A stretch of DNA of 64,000 bases from an uncultured archaeon (GTDB lineage Archaea; Aenigmatarchaeota; Aenigmatarchaeia; Aenigmatarchaeales; Aenigmatarchaeaceae). Where the stretch lies: the NCBI GenBank assembly GCA_964347265.1, contig CAYFXV010000003.1:3001-67000 (forward strand), in the 5' to 3' direction. The notes beneath the pieces are model-generated. The model searched no databases, had not been told where the DNA came from, and worked only from the letters and a program-made list of their open reading frames with translations. The position numbers and the translations under genes were made by a program. Shown here one piece after another: positions 1-10,600 of this stretch. The first letter of the stretch is position 1. Every line of letters begins with the position of its first letter.

Positions 1-80
1 TCTGGAGGTTTTATATTCTCATTTTTCTTTAATTCTTCTGAAAGTTTTCCTATAAGCTTTTGTGGAGGAACATCTCTCAT
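1..80 (-). CDS. rps19e: Ribosomal protein S19e, N-terminal part; the gene runs off the window start
   Basis: Minus-strand translation from the ATG at 80-78 gives MRDVPPQKLIGKLSEELKKNENIKPP. This matches the conserved S19e N-terminus (DVP..LI..L.EELK....PEW). The ORF is truncated by the window edge. Confidence 0.5.
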   Translation of the reverse strand, partial: MRDVPPQKLIGKLSEELKKNENIKPP

Positions 81-82
81 AA

Positions 83-277
83 TCATACCTTTCTAATATT
101 GTTTTTATCTTTAAAAATCTTTTGTAACCTATATTTTTCTTTTAATCTTTTTATTAGTTGTCTATATCTATTAGCAAATTCAGGCTTTTTTTCTATCATT
201 TTTTCTAATATTTCTATTCTCTCTAATGCTATTTTCTTTCTCTGGTTTTTTATTCTTTTGAATTTGTCATATTTCAT
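83..277 (-). CDS. Small Lys/Arg-rich hypothetical protein (64 aa). Its first 23 codons are duplicated upstream of the radical SAM gene.
   Basis: Listed in the ORF track. The stop lies 2 nt before the S19e start. No recognisable family. Its 5' end is part of a 72-nt direct repeat. Confidence 0.35.
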   Translation of the reverse strand: MKYDKFKRIKNQRKKIALERIEILEKMIEKKPEFANRYRQLIKRLKEKYRLQKIFKDKNNIRKV

Positions 278-279
278 AT
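208..279. repeat. 72-nt direct repeat copy A (downstream flank of the radical SAM gene). It overlaps the start of ORF 83..277.
   Basis: Positions 208-279 and 1766-1837 are identical except for 3 mismatches (read directly from the sequence). Confidence 0.85.
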
Positions 280-281
280 TA

Positions 282-1712
282 TTACCTGTAAGGATAGAAG
301 CCTTCAGTGAAGATTTTAATCAGACGTTTCATAAAAAGAAATGGATTCTTAGATAAGTTCCATGAAATTATTCTTATGTTATATCCTGTTAATAAAGTGA
401 AAATATCTTTTAAAAAATTTAGTCTTAGCAGCCATTTCTTAGAATGAAGTTTATAACTATAATCTATAAAATTTAAAAGTTCTTTTTCTGAAAAGTTGTT
501 ATAATACTTAGATATGCTATGTGCACTCTTCCAATCATTTTTTCTTATTTTGTTATTGTTTTCTAATTTTGACCATAATTCTGCTCCTGGAACTATTCCT
601 AAGGAATTTATTTGAAGGCCAATATGTAAATCAGTAGCAAATTCAAGTGTTTTTAATATGTCTTCCTTAGATTCAATTGGAGAACCTATAATAAATGAGC
701 CTATTACATTTAGTCTGGCTTTTTTTGCATTTCTAACAGCATTTTTTATCTGTTCAACTGTAATGCCTTTTTTATAATAATCTAAAACCTTTTGTAAACC
801 GCTCTCCATTCCAAAATATATGGTAGAAAATCCTGCTCTCTTCATTTCTTTTAAAACTTCCAACGAGGCTTTATCTACCCTTCCTTCACAATTTAAATTC
901 ATCTTTATTTTTCTCTTTTTTATACCTCTACATATTTTAATTACTCTTTTAGAATTCAAAGTAAAATTATCATCAACAACAATACATGTATCATAACCTT
1001 GAGAATAAATTTCTTCTAACTCATCCAAAATATTTTCCACAGATCTTGTTCTCCATCTTCTCTTAAAGAGAGCAGAACAACAACAAAAAGTGCAATTGTG
1101 TGGACAACCTCTAGATGTTAAGAGTGTGGTAAATTTACCAAAACTGAGTTTCAAACCGAACCAACATTGCGCATAATCAATAGACTTCACAAGGCTTCTG
1201 TCTGGAAACGGCAAAGAATCTAGATCCTCAATGAATTCTATTTTGTTATTTACTATTTTATTTTTATAATAAAAAGCAAGCCCTTTAATATTTTTTAATT
1301 TTTTTCTATTGTGTAAATTATTGATCAGTTTATAAAAAGTGATCTCACCTTCACCTTTAACCACAAAGTCTATAAACTTATAATTTTTTAATATCTTTTC
1401 AGCAAAAAAAGTTGCATGAATACCACCTAACACAATTATAACCTCGGGGAACATTTGTTTTATTTTTTTAAGCAATCTCATAGATCTAAGAAATGTATAA
1501 GAGGTACAGCTTAATCCTATCACATCTGGTTTTTCTTTTTTAATTTGATTCAAAAATTGATTTTCTGTCTCATTAGAGCAGTATGCATCTATAACCTTTA
1601 CTTCATGATTACTTTTTGATTTTAGATAAGAAGCTATGTATAATAAACCGATTGGTGGCCAAGAATAATCCAATGTTTCTCCAATTGGTGGTGTACATAA
1701 AACAATTTTCAT
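282..1712 (-). CDS. B12-binding (class B) radical SAM enzyme
   Basis: The N-terminal B12-binding-like region includes (VIGLSC..., GGIHAT). The radical SAM CxxxCxxC motif is GCPHNCTFCC. Length 476 aa. Confidence 0.8.
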   Translation of the reverse strand: MKIVLCTPPIGETLDYSWPPIGLLYIASYLKSKSNHEVKVIDAYCSNETENQFLNQIKKEKPDVIGLSCTSYTFLRSMRLLKKIKQMFPEVIIVLGGIHATFFAEKILKNYKFIDFVVKGEGEITFYKLINNLHNRKKLKNIKGLAFYYKNKIVNNKIEFIEDLDSLPFPDRSLVKSIDYAQCWFGLKLSFGKFTTLLTSRGCPHNCTFCCCSALFKRRWRTRSVENILDELEEIYSQGYDTCIVVDDNFTLNSKRVIKICRGIKKRKIKMNLNCEGRVDKASLEVLKEMKRAGFSTIYFGMESGLQKVLDYYKKGITVEQIKNAVRNAKKARLNVIGSFIIGSPIESKEDILKTLEFATDLHIGLQINSLGIVPGAELWSKLENNNKIRKNDWKSAHSISKYYNNFSEKELLNFIDYSYKLHSKKWLLRLNFLKDIFTLLTGYNIRIISWNLSKNPFLFMKRLIKIFTEGFYPYR

Positions 1713-1765
1713 TCAAATACCTGTTATAATTTTTGGATATCATCTTTCCACAATACTGCCAGCAT

Positions 1766-1837
1766 ATATTTCTATTCTCTCTAATGCTATTTTCTTTCTT
1801 TGATTTTTTATTCTTTTGAATCTGTCATATTTCATAA
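1766..1837. repeat. 72-nt direct repeat copy B (upstream flank of the radical SAM gene). It encodes a truncated duplicate, MKYDRFKRIKNQRKKIALERIEI..., of the small ORF's N-terminus.
   Basis: Near-identical to 208-279. The minus-strand ATG at 1835 gives a 31-aa ORF ending at about 1740, just before the radical SAM start at 1712. Confidence 0.85.
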
Positions 1838-1867
1838 TATCAATATTTATTTTTAACTATCAAATAG

Positions 1868-3103
<1,236 letters not shown>

Positions 3104-3107
3104 TTTT

Positions 3108-3632
3108 CTAAATACCTCTTATTATTCTTGGGTATCCTTTTTCTACAAGACTATTGCTATATATTCCCAAACTCTCAAAAAATTTTCTGATTTTCTTTCT
3201 TCCGTTTTCAATATGATCAGTTATTACTTCAACTTCTATCCAGTTTCCAAAATCTTTAGGTTGAATAAAAGTATCTACATTAATTTCGAAATCATTTAAA
3301 GTAAAACATTTCCTTATTTTTTCAATTATTAACCATTCATAGAATTTTGATTCTAATAATATTTTTCTTGTTTGCTCTGGATCACTTATCTTTGTTTCAA
3401 ATTCTTTCCAAACACCATCTGTATCTGTTAATTCTTTATAAGTTAATTTATGGTCTTTTTTATCTTCTGATCTTATACGAAGAATAAATTTCTTTTTTGA
3501 ATTTAATGGTTTGAAAATAACATCTTTTTGTTGAACTTCATATTTAAATTTAGAATTCAGTTTTTTGATTTTATTTAAAACAATATTAATATCATCAAGC
3601 TTTGCTCTTAGTTCTACTTCCATAATTATCAC
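3108..3632 (-). CDS. CYTH-domain protein (triphosphate tunnel metalloenzyme / class IV adenylyl cyclase-like)
   Basis: N-terminal MEVELRAKL (ExExK) and C-terminal acidic ExE-like stretches (FEINVD, WIEVEV) typical of CYTH. Length 174 aa. Confidence 0.5.
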   Translation of the reverse strand: MIIMEVELRAKLDDINIVLNKIKKLNSKFKYEVQQKDVIFKPLNSKKKFILRIRSEDKKDHKLTYKELTDTDGVWKEFETKISDPEQTRKILLESKFYEWLIIEKIRKCFTLNDFEINVDTFIQPKDFGNWIEVEVITDHIENGRKKIRKFFESLGIYSNSLVEKGYPRIIRGI

Positions 3633-3637
3633 TAAAG

Positions 3638-3709
3638 TGCGCCGACCGGGATTTGAACCCGGATCGTGAGCTTGGAAGGCTCATGTCCTAACCATTAGAC
3701 TATCGGCGC
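3638..3709 (-). tRNA. tRNA-Gly (anticodon UCC)
   Basis: Reverse complement GCGCCGATAGTCTAATGGTTAGGACATGAGCCTTCCAAGCTCACGATCCGGGTTCAAATCCCGGTCGGCGCA folds as a cloverleaf. The anticodon loop CTTCCAA gives UCC. There is no intron. Confidence 0.8.
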
Positions 3710-3741
3710 ATAAATAGAATTCATTGAAAGAATTTAAAAAG

Positions 3742-4230
3742 TTATAATTTGTACCCTATTTTTCTTAGAAACTCTTTTCTCTCTTCTACATCGTCTTCAG
3801 ATTCTATTCCTTTGGTGTGTTCACCATCTATTACTCCTAATATTCCTCTTCCCTGTGAAGTTTCTGCTAATATTACTTCAACAGGATTGGCTGTCGCACA
3901 AAATATCTTGCAAACTTCTGGAACATTTTTTATTGCATTAAGGACATTTATTGGATAAAATCCTTTTCCTAACACAATTATAAAGGAATGGCCTGCTCCT
4001 AGGTTTAATGCGTTCTTTTCTGCTATTTTCTTTAATTCATTATCTGTTCCAGTACTTCTCACTAAACAAGGACCTGAAGATTCGCAAAAAGCTAAACCAA
4101 ACTTTATTCCTGGAACATTATTAACTAAGGTTTCATGAATATCTTCCACTGTCTTAATGAAATGTGAATGACCTAAAATTATGTTACAGTCTTTTGGAAA
4201 TTTCAATTTTACAGTTTTTGTTTCTATCAT
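3742..4230 (-). CDS. Conserved archaeal protein, possibly the DUF355 / adenosine-specific-kinase family
   Basis: Uninterrupted 162-aa ORF. The family assignment is from memory of the archaeal ~160-aa family and is not motif-proven. Confidence 0.35.
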   Translation of the reverse strand: MIETKTVKLKFPKDCNIILGHSHFIKTVEDIHETLVNNVPGIKFGLAFCESSGPCLVRSTGTDNELKKIAEKNALNLGAGHSFIIVLGKGFYPINVLNAIKNVPEVCKIFCATANPVEVILAETSQGRGILGVIDGEHTKGIESEDDVEERKEFLRKIGYKL

Positions 4231-4244
4231 ATTATCACTTTAAA

Positions 4245-4351
4245 TGGGGTCAGGGAGATTCGAACTCCCATTAGCTGGTTTCTTCATTTCATCTTTTTAT
4301 CAAATCTCCATGTCTGGAGCCAGCTGTCGTACCTGGTTGGACCATAACCCC
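4245..4351 (-). tRNA. tRNA-Trp (CCA) with a ~34-nt intron at the canonical 37/38 position
   Basis: Reverse complement: acceptor GGGGTTA/TGACCCC, T-arm GGGAG-TTCGAAT-CTCCC, anticodon stem GCTGG...CCAGC with loop CTCCAG[intron]A. The intron is ACATGGAGATTTGATAAAAAGATGAAATGAAGAA. Confidence 0.75.
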
Positions 4352-4392
4352 TTGTAAGAAAATATAAGATAAGTATTTTTATATCTTTCTAA

Positions 4393-5022
4393 TTATTCTT
4401 TCTTAAGCATTAATTCAATCTCAAAGGGTATATATGGAATTTTATAAATCAATGGAAGGGGGAAAAAATATCTCTTACTTATGACTTTTAATTTATTTTT
4501 TTTAACAATTTGGAATAATTTATCTTCCTTTAAAATAGAAATGTGAGTTTTATCTTTGTCTAAAAAACCAAAAAATTTTCTAAGCCATGTATCTATTGGC
4601 ACTGATAAAATTAGATATCCTCCTCTCTTTAATTTTTTAACTATTTTTTCAAAGTTTTTTTCAAAGTTTTTTGTATGTTCTAAAACATCTAAAGCAACAA
4701 TACAGTCAAATGATTCATTAGAATATGGCAAAGATTTTTCCAAATCTACAACTTTAAGATTAGCTTTCGGGATTTTTTGTTTTGCTTTTTTAATAGCAAA
4801 TTCTGAAATATCAAATCCATGTAATTCATTAAAAAGGGGGGAAACTTCTTTTAACAACAAACCAAAAGCACAACCAACATCTAAAAATTTACCTCTAATA
4901 TTTTGGTTTTTTATAAAAGAAATTACATTTTTAAATAATTTAGAAGGATTCATTTTTTCATAATCATAATAATTAGATTCTTTAAATCCGTAAAAATAAT
5001 CTCTACCAAATCTTTCTGTCAT
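4393..5022 (-). CDS. Class I SAM-dependent methyltransferase
   Basis: Motif I LDVGCAFGLLL and an acidic post-I residue (FDISE). Length 209 aa. Confidence 0.75.
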   Translation of the reverse strand: MTERFGRDYFYGFKESNYYDYEKMNPSKLFKNVISFIKNQNIRGKFLDVGCAFGLLLKEVSPLFNELHGFDISEFAIKKAKQKIPKANLKVVDLEKSLPYSNESFDCIVALDVLEHTKNFEKNFEKIVKKLKRGGYLILSVPIDTWLRKFFGFLDKDKTHISILKEDKLFQIVKKNKLKVISKRYFFPLPLIYKIPYIPFEIELMLKKE

Positions 5023-5047
5023 AACAATTAATAAAATATAAGTATTT

Positions 5048-5662
5048 TTATATTTTTGCTAAAGCAAAAGAATATCTCGAATATTCAGCGAACTTGACTA
5101 CCTTTAAACCATATTTTTCTAAAACTTTTTTTAGTTCATTTTTACTCATAGCTTTTTCAAATCCAAAAGGCCATTTATTTATTTTTTCTAAAAACCATTT
5201 AGTTATTCTGTAATACCAAGCCGGCCTTGGAACAGTAATAAGAATATAACCATTTTTCTTAACGCATTTTTTATGTGTCTCAATGATTTTTTTCTGTTTT
5301 TCATTCGAGAAATGTTCTATTAAACCTTCTGAATGAACAATATCAAATTTCTTTTTGGGTTTAAATCTAAGTAAATCTCTACAAAGAATTTTTGCTTTAA
5401 AATTATGCTTTTTAAACTTCTCTTCTGCAAGTTTTAAAGCTTCTTTACTATTATCAAGCACTGTTGCAGAACCTCCATACTTTTTTAATATTTTCAATGT
5501 TAACATACCTGAACCACATCCTAGCTCAATCACATTTGGGTTCTTTAAGTTTAGTGAATCGAGAAGTTTTTGATACATTTTAAAAACTAGTTTACGGTGA
5601 GTTCTCATTGCTAACACAAATAAGAAATTAGTGTTTGACCAGAACGAGTCCCACTTATTCAT
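5048..5662 (-). CDS. Class I SAM-dependent methyltransferase
   Basis: Motif I IELGCGSGMLT. Length 204 aa. The stop abuts the upstream GT2 gene. Confidence 0.75.
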   Translation of the reverse strand: MNKWDSFWSNTNFLFVLAMRTHRKLVFKMYQKLLDSLNLKNPNVIELGCGSGMLTLKILKKYGGSATVLDNSKEALKLAEEKFKKHNFKAKILCRDLLRFKPKKKFDIVHSEGLIEHFSNEKQKKIIETHKKCVKKNGYILITVPRPAWYYRITKWFLEKINKWPFGFEKAMSKNELKKVLEKYGLKVVKFAEYSRYSFALAKI

Positions 5663-6702
5663 TATCTTTCAACTCTATACCACATGAATTCTTTATTTTT
5701 ATTTTCATCTATCCATGATTTTATTATTAAAAACAAATGTATATTACTTAAAATAAACCATACTGGAAGAGCTAAAAGATCTCTAAGTGATTCTTTGAAA
5801 AATATTCTAGAATAGATTAATAGTATCATATTAAATATAAACAAGCCAAGAAAAGGTAAAACAATTATATATGGTAATTGTAAATAAAAAACAATTGCTA
5901 AAATTGTTGCTGTTATTAAACCAAATGGTGGAAAATAAAAATATATTCCATGCATACCGTCTGATAAGATATTTCTTAATCCTCGACGTCTTTTAAATTT
6001 GATTAACCTAACTGTACCCCTAGCCCATCTCAAACGTTGTTTTAAAAATGATTTAATAGAAATTGGCTCCTCCTGCCATGTTATAGCATGTGGCTCAAAG
6101 ACTGTCTTATAATTGTATTTTTTCATTCTAATTGACATTTCTATATCTTCTATAAACGTGAATGTATCAAAACCACTAATTTTTTCAAGAATTTTTTTCC
6201 TTATAAATATATTTTTGCCAAGAAAGTGAGTATTTGCTCCTAAACTACTCAAAAAATATTCTATAAACGATGTAAAACTTGTTTCTAAAGAGATTGCCCT
6301 AGCTACCAAACTTTTATTTTTATTATAAGATCTAATAGTACCAGCAACAGCTGCTATTTTCTTGTCAGAAAAATGTTTTACAGCCTTTTTTAAACAATTT
6401 TTATCAACTATGCAATCTGCATCATAGATTGCTACGATTTCTCCATTTGCTATATGTAAAACTTCATTCAAAGCTTCTGCTTTACATTTTTTTGGTTTTG
6501 ATTCTATAACTTTTATTCTAGGTTCATACTTTTTACATATTTCTAAAGTTTTATCAGTGGAACCATCTATAGAAACTATTATTTCTAACTTATCTTTTGG
6601 ATAATTTGAATTCAAAAGACTTTTTATACAATTTTCTATAACTTTTTCTTCATTCTTTGCTGGAACAATAGCCGAAACACTAGGTAACATAATATTAATC
6701 AA
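5662..6702 (-). CDS. Family 2 glycosyltransferase with a C-terminal membrane domain
   Basis: SAIVPAKNEE start, DGSTD and DAD motifs, C-terminal TM helices. Length 346 aa. Confidence 0.8.
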   Translation of the reverse strand: MINIMLPSVSAIVPAKNEEKVIENCIKSLLNSNYPKDKLEIIVSIDGSTDKTLEICKKYEPRIKVIESKPKKCKAEALNEVLHIANGEIVAIYDADCIVDKNCLKKAVKHFSDKKIAAVAGTIRSYNKNKSLVARAISLETSFTSFIEYFLSSLGANTHFLGKNIFIRKKILEKISGFDTFTFIEDIEMSIRMKKYNYKTVFEPHAITWQEEPISIKSFLKQRLRWARGTVRLIKFKRRRGLRNILSDGMHGIYFYFPPFGLITATILAIVFYLQLPYIIVLPFLGLFIFNMILLIYSRIFFKESLRDLLALPVWFILSNIHLFLIIKSWIDENKNKEFMWYRVER

Positions 6703-6802
6703 TGAGAAATCTTACTTATAAACTTTTTCATTCTTTACTATGAAATCCTAAAATTTAAAAAGGTTTTTATAATACTAACTTTATGAACAGTTCAGTGATT
6801 AG

Positions 6803-7039
6803 ATGTTAGAATTTATTTTAATTTTTATATTCGGGTTAATTTTTCAAAGTATGTTACCTAATAAAATAAGAATTTTTTCAATTTATCCAATTGTTCTTAT
6901 TTTAGGCATTTTAGCTAATTTCAATATTTTATTTCTAATATTTGCTTTAGGGATGAGTTCAAGAGCATTAATGGGAGGATTTTGGTTTTGTTTGATACTA
7001 GAACTAATTTTATTATTTTTAGGTTTTTTATTGTTTTGA
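6803..7039 (+). CDS. Small hydrophobic membrane protein (hypothetical)
   Basis: 78-aa ORF with 2-3 predicted TM segments. No family assignment. Confidence 0.3.
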   Translation: MLEFILIFIFGLIFQSMLPNKIRIFSIYPIVLILGILANFNILFLIFALGMSSRALMGGFWFCLILELILLFLGFLLF

Positions 7040-7147
7040 TATAGCTTGATCCTGAAGTTAAGTTACAAGCCTTACTTGAATCATAAATATAAGAAAAATC
7101 AAAACCTTTTTAAATTTCTAAAATATTAGTGTTTTAGAGGTAATAAT

Positions 7148-7450
7148 ATGCCTAGAAAAAAAATAAAGAGAGAACCAACTTGGGATGAAATCGGAGAGGT
7201 CATAGGCAGAAAGATGGAAAAAGAATTCAGGGGATCTAAACGAAGAAAGAAAAACTTCAAATGCGCAGTAAAAGATAGTGTGAGTAGTAGTGGAACTGGA
7301 GGTTGGTTTTACTTTTTGGGATTCATCGCTGCATTGATATATTACATAACTACTGCCCCAACCTTTTGGGATGGAGTTGTAGGATTCTTCAAAGCGATCT
7401 TCTGGCCCGCTTTCCTTGTTTACGGAACAATGGTAACATTAGGATTATAG
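7148..7450 (+). CDS. Small membrane protein with a basic N-terminus (hypothetical)
   Basis: 100 aa: KR-rich N-terminus, two C-terminal TM helices, upstream GAGG SD-like motif. Confidence 0.4.
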   Translation: MPRKKIKREPTWDEIGEVIGRKMEKEFRGSKRRKKNFKCAVKDSVSSSGTGGWFYFLGFIAALIYYITTAPTFWDGVVGFFKAIFWPAFLVYGTMVTLGL

Positions 7451-7528
7451 AAGGATAAAGCAAGTTGTGTTTTTAAAGCAGCCAAATCTTTTTGATTTCC
7501 TTATTTAACTAAATGGCACTGGTAAAGG

Positions 7529-7546
7529 ATCCTCGAGAGGGTTCAT
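7529..7546. repeat. Degenerate copy of the tRNA-Thr 3' end (att-like): GAA-CCCTCTCGAGG on the minus strand
   Basis: Plus-strand cctcgagagggttc at 7531-7544 matches the minus-strand tRNA-Thr 3' end (GAATCCCTCTCGAGGCT) at 14 of 15 positions with a 1-nt deletion, in the same orientation. Confidence 0.5.
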
Positions 7547-7626
7547 CAAACTGGTTGCATAGACTTTCAGCATTCTCATATTTAATAAGTCCCTTATTTT
7601 TTCATCGGTTATTCTGTAAGATAGAA

Positions 7627-7638
7627 AATTATATAAAC
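7627..7638 (+). promoter_or_regulatory. Candidate archaeal TATA box upstream of the giant surface-protein gene
   Basis: ttatataaa lies about 40 nt upstream of the TTG start at 7677. Confidence 0.3.
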
Positions 7639-7676
7639 AGCTTTTTAAATTATATTTTACATAAAGTGGTGTTTTT

Positions 7677-10600
7677 TTGAAAAGAAAATATTTTTTGAGT
7701 ATTTTTATGTTTGTTTTATCAACTTTTCTTATTTCAAGGAGTGCTTCTGCAGCAATCTATTTAAACGCTTACGTTACAGGTTTTACAACGTCTGGAAGTA
7801 ACATAACTATTCAGGGCAATATACAGAATACTACAGTAAGTGATACTATATCAGGTATAAATGTTACAGGCAGTGTTACAGGTAGTTCAAATTCTGGAGT
7901 TACAGGAGCTCCTGGCACATTTAACTTTAATGTCAGTGCACCATCAGCTATAGGCGATTATGATATGACTGTTACAACAAATTCTTCTGCTTTACCAACC
8001 AAAACTATTACAGTTCATATTGGTAATGTTTCAAGCGGTAATATAACATACATTAATAAGAAACCACCATTCGTAGCAGGTAGCACTTTTAACATTAATG
8101 TTACTTTGTTAAATTCAACAGGAGATCCTTTGGTAAATAAAAGTTCTACAGATTTATTAAAAATATTTTCTGCAAATGGCCAAGAAGTTTCTGGATGGAC
8201 TATAACAGCTTTAGATTCTTTATCTGATTCAAATGGGGTTATAAGATATTCAATTGTAATACCGTCAGATGCTGATGGTCCATATATAATTGTTGTTGAA
8301 TATGGTTCTGTATATAGCATTTTCAGTGTTAAATCCAGTTATATAGTTTCTGTTGTTACTCATGATCCTTCTGATGAAAATGAGATTGGTTTTAACTTTG
8401 CTCCTGGTAGTTCTGTAAGTATTTTGGCAAAGGTAAGAGACATTAATGGCAATCCTACAACAGCAACCAGTGTGACAGCATACATAAAGGCTCCGGATAG
8501 TTCAATAACAACTCTTAGTTTAACTGCAAGAGATCAGAACACATATCCTGGTTTTTATAATAATACTTTTACAGCTTCACAGAATGGTAATTATGAGGTC
8601 AGGATCGATGCTGTTGTTGGTAGTTCAACCATTCAGAGTTATACTATGTTTAATACAAAGAGCTTTGCTGTTAGAATAGAATCTGTAAAAGAATTCTTTA
8701 TGGAGTGGGGTGGACAAGCTGCTTTTAAAGCTGGGGATACTGTTGCCTTAAATGTTATTGCAATAAATCTAACAGACGATTCTATAATCCAAAGTCCAAA
8801 CTCACTTAATTGTAGCAATATTACTGTAACAAGCATGTGGAACACAAGTGATAACATCCAATTTACTATTACAAATTCTACTAGCTCAAGTCAATATATG
8901 ATAACTCCTATTTGCAAAATTACTTTTACTGCACCTTCGGTTTCTGGATTATATGGTCTAAGAGCTAATGTAACAATAGGTTCTACAACTGAAATAACAG
9001 AAGGATTCTTTTCCGTTCAAAACTATTTGTTAAAGGCAGCAACTGTTTCTGGAATGGGAGGCGAAATGGACTTTATGCCAATGGCAACCCCAGGGGAAAA
9101 TGCTACTATATCTATAAAAGCATTTAATTTAACTTCAAATGCTGCCATTGATGGTACTCTTATACAAAATATTTCTGTAATAAAAATAATCCCACTTGAG
9201 TTTAAGTTTGGTGCAACTGAAATTACATCTAATATTAATTATACTGTTACTTATGGTTCTAGCCCATATGTTACACTTAACATACCTCAAATAATTAGAG
9301 GACCTGTAATGGTTGAGATTCGGGCAAATATATCAGGAAATATAGTAAGAGGCAGTGCATTTTTTGTTTCTAGTTATGTTTCAGGATTCTTAGGACCTGT
9401 ACAACCTGAAACTGGAGGTGGCCCTGGTCCAGGCGGTGGAGGTGGCCCATCATTTTTATCATGTACAGCAGGTGTATATAATTTTTCTGGAACAGTATAT
9501 GAAACTAAAACAAATAGAGCTGCTAATGGTGTTTCAATTTATTCTATAGCAGAAGTAAGAGAAGAGTTTACAGGCAGAGATGTTTCTGAATATGTTAACT
9601 TATCAGTAACTGGAACAACTGACTCTAATGGAAATGTTAATATAAGTGTAACATTACTTCCAGGATATAATTTCGAAGGTTTCTATTTCATGATTCTTAA
9701 TGTGACTTATAAAGGCAATTATGATGGCGTACCTGCTGGATTCATGTGTAGAAAATTTAACTTTTGGCCAAAAGTCATGTCTATTGGCAGTAATCAAGAT
9801 AACTGGAGAATAGCTCCTGAATCTGGTGTGGTTATTAATGTTGTGAATGCAACTCGTCTTTCAGACAAAAAACTGGTTAATAATCAGACCACGATTTCAT
9901 TAACTAGAATAATGAACTTTAATCCATCAAAAGGCGGCATGAGTCTTTTAGTTAATAACACACCATTAACATTTATTTTTGAACAGACTGGTAATATCAC
10001 TGACCCAACATCAAATAATGTTAGTTTTGTTATTTACCCACAGAACTTTACTTTAGAAGGTAGTGTACTATCAAAATGGCCAAATGGTTTTGTTGAACTA
10101 CAACCAAGGGTTTGTGATTCTACTGTTGGTTGTGATGTATCATTTGGAGGATTTCAAATAGTTCCATTTGATGCTTGGGTTGAGGATTGGCAATGGGGAG
10201 GAACATACTATGCAGGACAGAACATATCTGCAAACATATCTGCAAAAACTAATGTTAGTTCTATAGGTAACTTCACAGTAAAAATAGGAAGGCCTTGGGA
10301 AGGGGAATTACAAACAGCAACAATTATTAATGCAACAAAACTAGAAGATGGTTGGAATAATACAAATGATACAGGAAGGGAATTATGGAATTTAACATTT
10401 ACAATACCTTCTACAATAAGGAAAGGTGGGGCAGAATTAATGATTACAGTTAACTCTTCTGCTAATACAACACCGGGAGAAAAAACTGATCTGCATCTAT
10501 GGTTACAAATTTCAAAATACTCAGTTATAATTCCTTATGAAGAAGGTTTAGGATGGGTAGATGGGTATGCTGTTAATAATACTGAGGCACAACAACAATT

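Noticed and set aside
60-356. ORF 60..356 (+), 98 aa
   Set aside because: It is antisense to the S19e start, the small basic ORF and the radical SAM 3' end. The sequence is hydrophobic and low-complexity with no signals.
7521-7546. GGATCCTCGAG (adjacent BamHI and XhoI sites) resembling a cloning polylinker
   Set aside because: The CTCGAGAGGG part is shared with the native tRNA-Thr 3' end and with the 13729 copy, so it is explained as an att-like tRNA-derived repeat rather than vector contamination.
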